A DNA stretch of 64,000 nucleotides, taken from positions 72,788,001-72,852,000 of the forward strand of contig NC_042997.1 in the NCBI RefSeq assembly GCF_006345805.1. The letters are read 5' to 3'. Position numbers and translations under genes: made by a program. The DNA comes from Octopus sinensis. Taxonomy: Eukaryota. The stretch's first letter is position 1. The number at the start of each line of letters is the position of its first letter. This document shows positions 26,110 to 38,989 of this stretch, piece by piece. The notes under the pieces were generated by a model, which made no database searches, was not told where the DNA came from, and worked only from the letters and a program-made list of their open reading frames with translations.

Positions 26110-28257
26110 TTAATATTCCTGGCCCAGTGTGTTCAAACTTGGTCTAAATTTTTTGATGAAATAAAGTTCTTTATTTTGGCGTTGCGTGAAGGTTACGCTG
26201 TCGCTGAATTTGTAAAGTGGGTAAGTTGTAAATTTCGGATTTACATTTGCAGCACATCTATCTATGTGTCCGCTGACCGGTATTTTCCGGTATTCAGGGT
26301 TTCTAATTTGTGATTTATGCACCGCCATCCTGTTACGTAAGCTATTTTTTGTATGGCCTATATACTGCCTATTGCAGCCTGCGCATGTTAAGACGTAAAT
26401 TAAGTTTTCTGATGCACAGGTGAAGTTTGCTCTAATGGTGAACTGATGGCCTTGTTCTAGTATAAATTCTGAACCTTCTACCAAGATGACACAGATTCCG
26501 CAGTTGGGCCTTCCACATTTTCTAACTGCTGGTTTTGTGGTTGATGTTGAGTGCAGTTTAGCTTGGGTTAAAATCCATTTCAAGGATTTTGGTTGCCGTT
26601 TACTTTTAATGATGGTGTGTGTTTCGAGGATCCGGTTCATCTTTGGGTCTCCCTTTAGCAGGGCTGTGCTTTGTAGTATGGTGCTGAAGGCCTCATTATT
26701 GAGTGGGTTGTGTGTAGAGATGTAGGGAAGGGTTTTTAATTGTTCTTTCTTTTTTGGTTTTGTTTGTCTCAGGTCTTCTATACTTAATTTAAGTGCCCTT
26801 TGGATTGCACTGTCTATTAGGGGCTGTGGATAGTTTCTATTTGTGAGTGTGGTTTTAAGTTCCTGGAGACGTGTGTGTCGGGTGTTTGTGTCTGATATTA
26901 TGGTGCAAATCCTTCTAGCTAAACAAAAAGGGACATTTATTCTAGTGTGTCGTGGGTGGCATGAATCAAAGGGTAGGTACTGTTTGGAGTCTGTCGGTTT
27001 ATAGTAGATATTTGTCTCTATTTTGTTGCCGGTTTTCTTAATGAGGATGTCTAAAAATGGTAATTCTTCTTCGTTATGATCCATCGGGAATTGTATATTA
27101 TCATTTATTCCATTTAATAGTATTTTAAATTCCTCAAGTTTCTCTATACTTTTATCCCAGATGATGAAACAGTCGTCGAGGTATCTTTTCCAGTTGTTCT
27201 GGATATAGGTGGAGAAGGTGTTTCCATATTTCTCGAGTGTTATCTGGTAGAGTATTTTCTGGAGGTATCCCATCACTAGGTTGGCAAAAGAAGGTGCAGT
27301 ACGCGTGCCCATCGCTGTTCCCGATCTTTGTCTGTAGAAATTATTGTCAAAAATAAAGTAATTGTTTTCTAAAATAAATCTAAGTCCTTCTATTATAAGG
27401 TCTTTGTTTATGCGAGTTGGGAGTTCAAAGGAGTAGTTATTCAGCCAGAAGGTGATCGCTTCTATTCCTAGGTTGTGAGGGATGTTAGAATAAAGGTTAA
27501 CTACGTCGAATGATACTAGAAGGGTTTTCTCATTGACTGTTTTAGGGAGGTGGTTGAGCATGTCTATATCGTCTCTTACGTAGCTTTTGATGTGTTTTAG
27601 GAAAGGTTTAAGAAGTGTGTCTAAGAAATTGCTGAGGCGGTGAGTCTCACATGCTGGCCCTGCTAAGTTTAAGATCATTTGGCGAAGGGATTTTGATGAG
27701 TATATCGGTAGATATTTTGCATGTTTCTCTAATTATTTGGCTTTTGTGTACTTTAGGGATACCATAGAACAAACTCGATTTGCACTTGAAGTTAGTGATG
27801 TATTCATACTCCTTGTCCGTGAGTCCTTCTCGGTATGTGTTGATTAGTGTCCTAAGGTTATACATTATTTTTTGCTGATTATACTGTTGGGCCCTTTCAT
27901 AATACGTTTCATCTCTTAATAGGGATAGTACTAAATTTTTATAATCGTTTGTATTCATTACTACTATCGCGTTGCCCTTATCTGCCTCCTTAATTGTTAT
28001 TGCTTTGTCTTCTCTTAGTTTGATGAGCACATTCCATTCTCTTTTGTTAAAGTTAGGGCTGTGTTTTTGTTTCTTGGTGAATTGAAACGGGAAATTAGTT
28101 ATGTAGTCACAATAGCGGTCTAAGGCTTTATTCTTTCCCTTGGTGGGGGTGTAATTGCTCTTGTTTCTAGCTATTGAATCCTCGTCTATTTGTTTGCCAT
28201 GAAATTCCCCGGTAAGTCTTAGTTTCCTGCAAAATTCCGAAATATCATCTTTCATTT
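26110..28257 (-). mobile_element. Near-intact Penelope-like retroelement, Neptune type (RT + Cys linker + GIY-YIG endonuclease), one frameshift
   Basis: ORF 27647-28255 has TIKEADKGNAIVVM and LFYGIPKVHK. ORF 26110-27678 has LVSFDVVNLYSNIP, GTAMGT..APSFANL.MG, WKRYLDD, LPFLD, CGRPNCGIC and IYVLTC..C..QYIGHT. The 5' side abuts (TAG)n/(TAA)n. Confidence 0.93.
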
Positions 28258-28266
28258 CATAGTAGT

Positions 28267-28301
<35 letters not shown>

Positions 28302-28329
28302 ATAGTAATAGTAATAGTAATAGTAATAC

Positions 28330-28388
<59 letters not shown>

Positions 28389-28392
28389 TATT

Positions 28393-28878
28393 CCCTGATG
28401 CAGTACCTGGCAGTAGCTCACATGGCTTCTTATCTTAAATTATTGTAAGTGCTATCATGTACCTTTTTTGTCTTGATATAACCAATTGAGCATGTCTCCC
28501 TTAGTGGTTGACGATATGTGCATCTCTGATCACGAGCAGAAGTAGTGGGGGAGCATCCTAGCCATGTGTTGAGAGGAACTCTTTAGGGTTTGGATAATTC
28601 ACCTCTGGAAACATGGGCGTTTCGTTCAACATCTTTAGATAGCCCTTATTCAGAGACCTTTTTGGCAGGATGGGCTACTCGGACTGAAAAAATCTAACTG
28701 AGCCCCACCTGCAAGGTCATGCGCTGTTAATTTTAATATGAAATTACCATGTCGAGCGCATATGGTTGTGATGCATGTGCCTGGTGTACCCTTATCAGAC
28801 GGTTAGTCATGGTGGGTATTCTGGGTTTCGAATATTTTACCCCTGTATCACTTTGATGATATGCTCAGCTCTCTCACT
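28393..28878 (-). mobile_element. About 480-bp non-coding interspersed element flanked by (TAA)n
   Basis: Reverse complement of 30990-31468; microsatellites on both sides (28260-28390 and 28879-28993). Strand is arbitrary. Confidence 0.75.
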
Positions 28879-28939
28879 CAATAATAATGACAGCGATGAC
28901 AACGGCAACAACAATAACAGCAACAACAACAATAACAAC

Positions 28940-28993
<54 letters not shown>

Positions 28994-29689
28994 TTTCAGG
29001 GATTTCCAGATGTTGATAGAAAAGAAAAGCTTGTTAAGCAAATCTACTATGAAGGTCATAAACTGGTTTTGGTTAAGAAGCAGTTTCACACAAGAAGATG
29101 CTGGTGTTGCGCAGGTTACGTCGGAAGATACTACCATTTGTGTTACGTTTGCAAAGGCAAGCCTCTTTTTATATTTTGTAATGTCTTATTTCTAGGAGTA
29201 GAGTTAAATAGTGTCATGTCTTATTTAGGTTTATTTCACACATGTCTCTAATGTTCCTTACGAAGATACAACTATCATACTTGTCCATCATTCTCCACAA
29301 ATCATAGAATTCATAATTGTTCTAGTCTACTTTCACTCTGTTCACTATCTTCAGGTATTGATCAAGTACAAGATGTTCATGTCATCTAAAATTTTTAGCT
29401 TTGTTTCTACATTTTCCTTTTCTTCTGTCGCCATTTTACTAGCGTTGATTTTTTTTGTCCGTTTAACATCAGTTGTGTACTTGTTTTACATCCCCTAAAG
29501 TCTCATTTCTTCATTTCATTTCTACTTTACTCGATGTCATCGCTTTCTCTATAAAAAAAAACCCATTAATCTTCTTCTTCTTCTTCTTCTTCTTCTTCTT
29601 CTTCTTCTTCTTCTTCTTCTTCTTCTTCTTCTTCTCTTCTTCTCTTCTTCTTCTTTCTTCTTCTTCTTCTCTTCTTCTTCTTCTTCTTC

Positions 29690-29731
<42 letters not shown>

Positions 29732-29814
29732 TATTATATTATTATTATCATTATTATTATTATTATCATTATTATTATTACTATTATTTTTTATATTTTT
29801 ATTATTATTATTCT

Positions 29815-30372
29815 ATGTTTGACTTTTGCTTTATGTTTGTACAAGTTGGCTCCAAGTCTCACCCAGAGACCTCAAGAGACAACAGGTCGGAAGTTCACGT
29901 TGTTGTTATGCCTAGTGTGCCATATATTTGGGTGTTTTTTTGGTGTTGTACTAGTGAATGTCTAATAAATAAATTTTTAAAAAAACAAAGTTTGTTTTAA
30001 ACTTTGAGATTATATAGAGTATTTTGCGTAGGATATGAGCAGTTCCCATGAGCACTATCTTTTGAATTTCTGCCATTTTGGGGTTTCCTGGTATCTGAGT
30101 TAGGTAGCAATCAGCCCCTTTTTGCTATCATTCCCAGGGCACCTATGACAACAGGTATTGTTTTAGTCTTCAGGTTCCACATTTTGCTGATTTCTATTTC
30201 AAGATCTTTATATTTGCTCAGTTTTTGGTAGGTCTTGACAGATACGTTTATATCGATTGGGACAGTCATATCAATGAGGAGGCATGTTCTTTGTCTGAAG
30301 TCTTTCAATATGATGTCTGGCCTGTTTGCATCTATCTTTCTGTCAGTTTGAATGGTGAAGTTCCAGAGGAGT
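29815..30372 (-). mobile_element. 5'-truncated R4/Dong-type LINE 3' end, family A
   Basis: LLWNFTIQTDRKIDANRPDIILKDFRQRTCLLIDMTVP...; matches 1-435; followed by (TAA)n/(GAA)n at 29571-29812. Confidence 0.88.
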
Positions 30373-30989
30373 GAGATTTGTGTGCGGGAATTCGAACCAC
30401 CTCAAAGCCTTTTGCCACGCGGTGGAGAAAGCACGAAACTCTCCACCGTTACTACCAACTCCTCGAGGTGGTGAGAAAACTATTACCTCGCATCTTCCTC
30501 CTTCCTCCTATTCAGGCCTCGCTAAAGCAAAGTCCTGATTGATATCGTCGGAGATAAGAGAAAAACTGAATATGAACCAGAGACCGGCCCAAATTGAAGA
30601 CCCTAAGATATGACAGTAAAGAACGAAATCCGTCACAACACAAATTTAAAAACAAAGCAACACCAACATTATCTTCACCCATTTTTACAAACACATCCAC
30701 AACCACAAAAACACGAAAACAAAAAGAAATACCCAAGGAATAAAATGACCAATAGTCACACTCTCGGAGACACACTTCCTTCATCAACTTCACTGTTATT
30801 CGAAAGAGCAACATTGAATTGATCGAGGAAGTAATTGATAACAAAGGCATTACAACAAATGGATACTAAATCCATGCTGGAAGTTGAGTGCTGATACTTC
30901 CAAGTGAGCCAATTACAATTGTTATTACATCTACTCTCCTCGTTGATCACGACCTTCGTATTTCCCACTTCAAATCGTCATAGTTGTTT

Positions 30990-31468
30990 ATTGAGTGAGA
31001 GAAATGCTTGCCATCAAAGTGACACTGGAGTAAAATATACGAAGCCCAATATACCCATCAAGACTACCATCTGATAAGGGTACTCCAGACACAGCGCATG
31101 ATCTTGCAGGTGAGACCCAGTTAGAATTTTCATCGGGCTGAGTATCTCATCCCGTTCAAAAGGCTCCTGAATAAAGGTTGTTTAAAGATGGTGAACGAAA
31201 TACCAGAGGTGAATTATTCAAACTCCTAAGAATTCCTCTCAACACATGGCTATGATGCTCCCCCACTACTTCTGATCATGATCAGAGATGAACATATCAT
31301 CAGTCACTAAGGGACATGCTCAACTGGTTAAGGTCAAATCTGTGGTATTGAGCAGAATATTTGCTGTTGCTCATTTTTTATACCAAAACAAAACATATAT
31401 GATAGCACTTCCAATCAGTTAAGATCAAAGGTTACGAGAGTCAGTGCTTGGTACTGCATCAGGGCATT
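30990..31468 (+). mobile_element. Second copy of the about 480-bp (TAA)n-associated element
   Basis: Homologous to 28393-28878; ends GGTACTGCATCAGGGC then (TTA)n. Confidence 0.75.
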
Positions 31469-31476
31469 TATTATTA

Positions 31477-31540
<64 letters not shown>

Positions 31541-31874
31541 GTGCTTCTCTTATATGAGTTTTAATCTTAAATGTCGTTTCAGTTTGCAACTTTATCTGCC
31601 ACCCACATTGTATTGGGAATATGAAGCTTACTTGCAAAACTGTGCAGGTAATATAATAATATTACTAATATTTTATTAGCGACCATTCTTCTTTTAACTC
31701 TTACTTTTCTCGCCTCACATCTTTCTTTATCCACTCGTCTTTATCATAACGTCTTCAGAAATCATAGGGGGTTGAGCTACAAGTAATGATAGCTTCATTA
31801 CTTGAGGCTAATTTTTAATTCTATTAGTATTATCATTAGTGTACAAATCTATACTCTACTAAGAAATTTGTGCA

Positions 31875-31921
<47 letters not shown>

Positions 31922-31990
31922 GTATATACATACATACATGCATATATGTATACATACATACGTGCATACACACACACACACACACACACA

Positions 31991-32035
<45 letters not shown>

Positions 32036-34467
32036 CAGCTCACTGTACATGGTTAGTTCTATTTAAAAACCAGGATGTTTGTGCATAACAAAACACGAGA
32101 AAAACAATGAACGAGAAAGTTGATGAAGAAAGCAGAACGAGAAGAGAAAGGATGCATAATAACGGGAAAAGAAAGAAGCCAAAAGTTGCATCCTCTTTGT
32201 CCATAGACTTGATCTGTGAGGAGAGCTATCCAACGGCTGCAAGACAGTTATTCAACCTGGAGGGTGTATCCTCCAGTTCGACAAAAGAATTTTGTACCCG
32301 TGCTTCCATTTGCTGAAAATTTAGGATCTCGAATCACGTAATGTGGTGGAATTCTTGGATCTAAAAAGAATATGTGATCTTTCAGCTAAGCATAAGCTTG
32401 CATCTCTTTCATTCATTTATATACGACAGGGGTTGTATTTCCACAATTTCCCACTTGATTGTGTGTGGTCTTCAGATCCCGCACGTGGCTAACCAGCTTA
32501 GCGGTTTTATTTTGTCTGTGTCGAAAAGAAGACTGGAAGATTGCATAACGTCTTTTAAAATTATCTTCACATAGACCGCGTAATTTTCCTTTTCGATTAC
32601 GTTACCTTATAGCACTGCTGTAATATCGGCCTCATAAAACGACTGAACCCGGAGGTTAGGGCGTGGCATTCGATTTTTTCCTAGACATTTGCACCTTCAT
32701 AGGTGAAGGGTTGGAAGAATATTTCCAACTTTGTAGCAGATTTTCTAGTGAATAAACGAAAGTGTGACGTGAAGGTTGGTTAATATGATGGCGATGTAGT
32801 CTCCTTGGAAATTAACTTGAATTATTATTTCGGACCTTCTGTTAATCAGGCAAAACGGATAATCGAGGGCGTGACTGGAAGTTAAGATGTCGGAAAATTC
32901 GTATATTCTGTGTGGGGGGAGGTGCGTGCGTGTGTGTGTGTGTATGCATGTGTAAAATCCTGATGAGGACACTACTCTAGACATGCCAAGACCTAAAAAT
33001 AGTCTAATATTTGAAAGAACAAAGAATTAGTGTTAAAGATCGACTGACTTATTCACATTTTCTAGTATTTGGAACTAGTATATTGTGAAAGTGAATTCCT
33101 TTACCTGCCGAGATCACCGCTCAGATTCTCTTCCCAGCAATATTATTAGCTGATCTTTGTCTATTTTTAGTTGTAAAAATATTACATTACTTATACAGCT
33201 AATACGATGGACAAAGAGCCGACACATAAACTCATTTCTACTACCTTTAAAATATATTTTTGTTATTATACGTTTTCTATCATATTTTTTCTGCTTTTCA
33301 TTTTTCTTCTGCTTTCTGATTTTTATTTTTCGTTTTGGTTTCAGAAAGATAACTTTTGTAATGAAATACAAGGACATAAATTTGTATTAACATACAAAAA
33401 ATTATGGACACAGTGTGAGAAATGTCATTTTAACCTAGATATTTTCCTTACTCCTGCCTACAAGTGCAAAGGTTAAAGTATTTTCTTTATAACTAGTCAT
33501 TTGTGCTGTTGATTTCTCATTTGTATATTTGTGTGTAATTTTTTCCTCAGTGTTTTTGATTTCTTAAAATCTTTAGGAAGTGTTGTTTAATAGATCGGTT
33601 CCCAAGATGTCACCCATAAGAGTTTATTTAGATTCTGCACTGAAACCCGTTCCAAGCTTTCGTAGAACGGTAATGAGCGGCGCGTAATCTCACTCCCCTA
33701 TTCTAACAGTGTCGATTAAGTCTTGCTATACGAATCAATATAAAAGGCGTCCTGATCATGAATAGAATTAAGAACTGTCACCACGCATCATAATTACACA
33801 CACCCTGATAACTTTTCATTACAATATCCTCACCTTAAAATTTATTTGCAAAGACACATAGCACCCTATTCATACACATACATACACACGCTTCCAAAAT
33901 CAATCCACCCTCATATAAACTGCCAAAAATATATTCTTCCCCACAATTATGAATATCCCAGTACGTCGCGAAACTTTGAACTATCACTTATTATATAATA
34001 AACGTACCTATGCACTCTATCCGACAGAGTTCTATTCGTAAAATATATTTTTAACTGTACTTTACAGCTCTTTAATTACGATTTTGATTTCCTTTTAATT
34101 ATGTATACGCTTCCATTTATACACCCCGTTTATTATCTTGAGAATAGTAAAGTCGCACCATCCCATTTTCTTCGGCCCCCAAAATGCCAGTAAGATAATT
34201 CTATTCTTTTTTTTTTTTTTTTTTTTGGCAGAATGTGGAATAAAAGTACACAGTGATTGTAAACACTTCTATAATTTTGAATGCCCTTCAACATACGTAA
34301 GTTATAACAATTTGCCATCTATAAAGTATTGTAGAGTAATTTATTGGATCCATTACTAGTCGTGTCGGTAATGTGATAGCTTCAACGCAAAAAAACTAAC
34401 CTTATATTTTCCTGACAGAAGAAGCATTTACATTCAATTCTCTTTTATTAAGTATTGTCATATATAT

Positions 34468-34832
34468 ATACGAGCAAAACGCCCCCCGTCCCATGGACGG
34501 TGCTGAGTTGTCAAACATTTAAACCAAATTTTCTCAACACAACCTGTCCGACCGTCCCATAGGCCTCCCCTTTGCGAAAACACTGATTTAACCTAAATTT
34601 GAGACATTAGTAAAAGACAGATTTCGACTAATGTACATGCACGTACAAATGCACGTTCCCACGCCTTTATCAATCGCATTCTCACCTGGAGTCGATTTTT
34701 GTAATTTTTTTCAAGACTTATACACGCCCTGATACCGTCGGTATCTACATTTCAAATTTGAGCGCAATCGGATGGAGGATACCCGAGATCCTAGAAGACA
34801 CACAGATAGACAGACAGACAGAACGAATTTTA
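34468..34832 (+). mobile_element. Non-autonomous Helentron/HINE (DINE-1/Lep1-like) element
   Basis: 5' short GC hairpin (CCGTCC CAT GGACGG); 3' AAATTTGAGCGCAATCGG...(ACAG)n...TTTTATATAATAGAT, the usual HINE architecture. Confidence 0.55.
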
Positions 34833-34883
34833 TATAATAGATGTGTGTGTGTGTATGTGTGTGTGCGTGTGTGTATATATATA

Positions 34884-34933
<50 letters not shown>

Positions 34934-35672
34934 GTGAGGTATACTAGCCATCTCAATATGGCTAACCACTAAGGGTGGGTATTACTGTAGCTTGTAGCCC
35001 CAGGAGAACATTGTCTCCAGCTAGCTTTAGGCACACTTTCTGTTCTCTTATGGTATTTGCAAAGGGAGGTCATCCCTCCCTCATCAACCTAAGGGATACG
35101 CACGGACTGCAGTTTCTAGGTATTGACCTGTCGTCGGCGTACGACAATCACCGGTTTTCGATGAAGGGAGTCCCAATGCAAATCCTTATATCGTTTCTCC
35201 TGGGGCTACAAGCTACAGTAACACCCACCCTTAGTGGTTAGCCATATTGAGATGGCTAGTATACCTCACGTTGTCGTGCAGTTACTGTTTACACCTCGTT
35301 CAGAGATATATTATTGCTTGCATACAGTTTTTCGAGATCAGTGACGAAAAGTTACTAGAAAAACGATATAAGGATTTGCATTGGGACTCCTTTCATCGAA
35401 AACCGGTGATTGTCGTACGCCGACAACAGGTCAATACCTAGAAACTGCAGTCCGTGCGTATCACTTAGGTTGACGAGGGAGGGATGACCTCCCTTTGCAA
35501 ATACCATAAGGCACAGAAAGTGTGCCTAAAGCCAGCTGGAGACGATGTTCTCCTGGGGCTACAAGCTACAGTAACACTCACCCTTAGTGGTTAGCCATAT
35601 TGAGATAGCTAGTATACCTCACATAGTCGTGCAGTTACTGTTTACATCTCGTTCAGAGATTTAATATTGCCT
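34934..35672. repeat. Nested inverted-repeat element A-B-A'-C-spacer-B'-A'-C in (TA)n
   Basis: A=34934-35008, B=35009-35196, A'=35195-35269 and 35548-35622, B'=35361-35547, C=35270-35325 and 35623-35672. Confidence 0.9.
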
Positions 35673-35711
35673 ATATATATATATCTATATATATATGTAT
35701 GTATATATATG

Positions 35712-35767
<56 letters not shown>

Positions 35768-35820
35768 GAGAGAGATATTAAGAAATGGAGTCAAATGCAG
35801 GTGTTATTCAAATCTTTATA

Positions 35821-35868
35821 CTTCCCACATATGTTTCGAAGAAAACATTGATATTATTCCTGAGGGAT
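35821..35868 (-). ncRNA. Strongly degenerate type-I hammerhead-like motif
   Basis: tcc-CTCAGGA-...cttc-GAAA-CATATG-TG-gga: palindromic stem III and 3-bp stem I present, but G5>C and H17=G. Confidence 0.35.
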
Positions 35869-36917
35869 AAAATGATGTAAAACAATGTAATCATCATACC
35901 AGGCAAAAAAAGAGAAACAAAACACATCAAGAAGCCATTTTAATCGAATGTGATTACCGCTGATTAGAGAAGAGAAATTCATTGCTTCGGCTTGATCTAA
36001 CTTATTTAGCAAGAATATGAATACACAACAAAAATATCAATCGACTTCTTTGGTAATTCGGAGTAAACCAAGAACATATCTACTAATATGTTGATAAACG
36101 CACGAAGGTAAACCCCTTATCGTTTCTGTTAGCGTTGACGCTCTTACTCTTTCTCTCTCTAGTAGACAAAGAGATGAAACTAACTACTATCATATGGAAT
36201 GGACACAAAATCTACTGACAAGCTGTACACACAAATAACTCGATGAAGTTGTGTATTTTTTATGCACTGTAACGGCTAATATTATAATTATTTACGATGC
36301 ATTATGACAACGTTATAACTGGCGACTTCGTCGTTATAGATCGACCATCATAATTTTGTTACACATCGACCATCATAATTTTGTTATACATGTATGTATG
36401 TATGTATGTATGTATGTATGTATGTATGTATGTATGTATGTATGTATGTATGTGTGTATGTATGTATGTATCTATCTATCTATCTAGCTAGCTAGCTATC
36501 TAACTAACTACCACTAACTCTCTCTCTCTCTCCCTTCTTTAGCTTTCTCTGGGAATTGCTTTTCTTCACGAAGGAGATTCTACAGTGATGACACAAAAAT
36601 TCTTTTGTTACGGATGTGATAGAGATTTTTATGGTAAGTACACTTTTATTCATTTGTAGATGATTTCAGCCGTTAGCCAGAGGGAAACGTTTTCAAGGTT
36701 TTTGTTGACCATACTGACCCGAGTATAGCATTTTTATCTACACCAGTATTTTAATTTAAGTCTGTTTCAAGTACGTATGTTTATTTAATTTTAGCCTGGC
36801 TAGCTTTCGCACAAATCAATAAATGTTTTGTTCACCGATTTCAATATCGGAACGAGCTTTTTTTTTTTTTTTTTTTGTCTTTTGGTGGAGGGTTTAGCAC
36901 AGAACGACCAAGATATT

Positions 36918-36961
36918 CGTTACTGAGGAGATCAAACCTAGTCGAAACACAGTGCCTGGCG
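36918..36961 (+). ncRNA. Type-I hammerhead motif, one core change
   Basis: cgtta-CTGAGGA-GAt caaaccta gTC-GAAA-CACAGTG-CC-tggcg: 5-bp stem I (two G:U), U16.1>C. Confidence 0.65.
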
Positions 36962-37834
36962 ATCCGCCGGCTTTCTGAGCAAAGACCTGTCTTTTTAACC
37001 ACATGTGTTTTTCAGAACTTTCTCTGTGAAAAATATCAGATCTGGTTTCCATGCTTGTAATATATCTTACGAATGTTATATATACAGGTATTTTAGTCTC
37101 ACCTTTTATTTGTATTTGTTTGTTTCAAATACAGATTGGTACTATGTTGGGGAACAGTCATTGGTGTGATTATTAGTTTATTTTAGTTCATATCCACGGC
37201 CCTTTCTCCGTGGTTTCGGTGAATGAGGGTCTCATAAAATATTGCCTTCATTTGCTTTTCTTGCTATGATATGGATTCATTTGGTATCTCCCTAAACATT
37301 CAAGTGGTTCTTGTAATACATCTACGTCTATATCTTAGAGTTCTCTGAAATATTTTTAACAATGTATTAAAAAGCTGTGGTCGGTGAGGGACATGCTCTC
37401 CCTGCCGCCACCCCTCGCCAGTTTCAAGCAAGGCAATATTTTTCTATGGCTGGACAGAAGACTGTAAACGAAGGACATCGCTTATATGACGGTGATCGTT
37501 TACAACTATCGCTCGATGTCAAATCAAGGAGACACACAGACACACTCACACACACACACACACATCTGTGTGTATGTGTGTGCGTGTGTGTGTGACAGGC
37601 TTCTTTTGTACCAAGTCTGTTCACGATACGCTGGTGGATCTTTGGCTATACTAGATATTACTTCAGAAGGACTGAACCTAAACCAAGTAGTTGGAGAGCG
37701 AGCGTACTTCGTACTTCTTAACCACACAGCTAACGCCTATTTATATTTTACCCGCATGCATACACACATACATGCATACATACTTTCATACATACATACA
37801 TACATACATACATACATACATACATACTTTTATA

Positions 37835-38069
37835 TATACTTCTTTATTGTCCTCAAGGGGGCTAAACATAGAGGGGACAAACATGGACAAACAAAGGGAT
37901 TAAGTGAGTTACATCGATCCCAGTGCGTAACTGGTACTTATTTAATCGACACCGAAAGGATGAAAGGCAAAGTGGACCTCGGCGGAATTTGAAGTCAGAA
38001 CGTAACGGCAGATGAAATATACCGCTAAGCATTTCGCCCGGCGTGCTAACGATTCTGCCAGCTCGCCAC

Positions 38070-38072
<3 letters not shown>
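37835..38072 (-). mobile_element. tRNA-derived SINE, second family (TTTGCCTTTCATCCTTTCGG core)
   Basis: Head GAGCTGGCAGAATCGTTAGC...TTCAAATTCCGCCGAGG; partial copies at about 40065-40170 and 56020-56070. Confidence 0.8.
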
Positions 38073-38121
<49 letters not shown>

Positions 38122-38913
38122 CAAATGAAGTAAATGAAATACTGGACGCAAAGGATTTTGCGGTACATATGTTTCGGGCTTTATTGGACAACTTATTCTT
38201 ATATCAATGCATAATTGATATAACAGATAGATCAAAAGCCTTCTTCAGCCGCGTACAATAGCTACACCAAAGACTTGTATCACATTATAAAAGGTTTGAG
38301 AAAAAACCGAGTTTCATTGGGAAAGTATGTTTGTAAATCTTCATAGGCGTACATGGTATTATTAGACTCCAAAACAAATCGTCCATACCGTTTATTCACT
38401 CGATATAGAATGAATACTTCATATAAGGGAAGGAATTGGATGTTGAGAGAAAGAGGAAAGGAGGGGAAGGGGATGAAACTTTAATGAAGTTGGGATCAGA
38501 AAAAAGAAAATATATATAAATTTAAACATAATTATAAAGGATAATAAAAATAAATATAAAATATAATAAAAGGTAAAGATGTAAAAAAATAAGTATATAA
38601 AGATACAAAGGACGTCACGTATAGGGTCATAAATTCTAGAAAAGTATTGTGAAAGTGTAAAAGGTACAAAAATAAAGAGTTAAAAATAAAATAAAAAATA
38701 AAATTAAAAAAATAAAATAAAATAAAAAGCGAAAATTAAAAAATGACAATAAAAAAATGAAAAGTAAAAAAATAAAAAGTGAAAATAAAGATAAAGTGAG
38801 ATAAAGATAAAGATAAAGTGAGATACAAAAGAATACACGGCGGTTAGAGATGATGGGTTAGAGTTTTGATGCTGTGGTGAGTGTCGTTAAGTATTCACCC
38901 TGAATTTATTGTA

Positions 38914-38980
<67 letters not shown>

Positions 38981-38989
38981 TATATATAT

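Noticed and set aside
28995-29435. Minus-strand AAAATGGCG-initiated decayed ORF (MATEEKENVETKLK...)
   Set aside because: Multiple stops and frameshifts and no recognisable family; cannot be called.
30375-30985. Possible LINE ORF1 remnant
   Set aside because: Only compositional resemblance; no motif I can name.
32107-32316. 69-aa ORF MNEKVDEESRT... as an exon
   Set aside because: No domain, no partner exons and no convincing donor.
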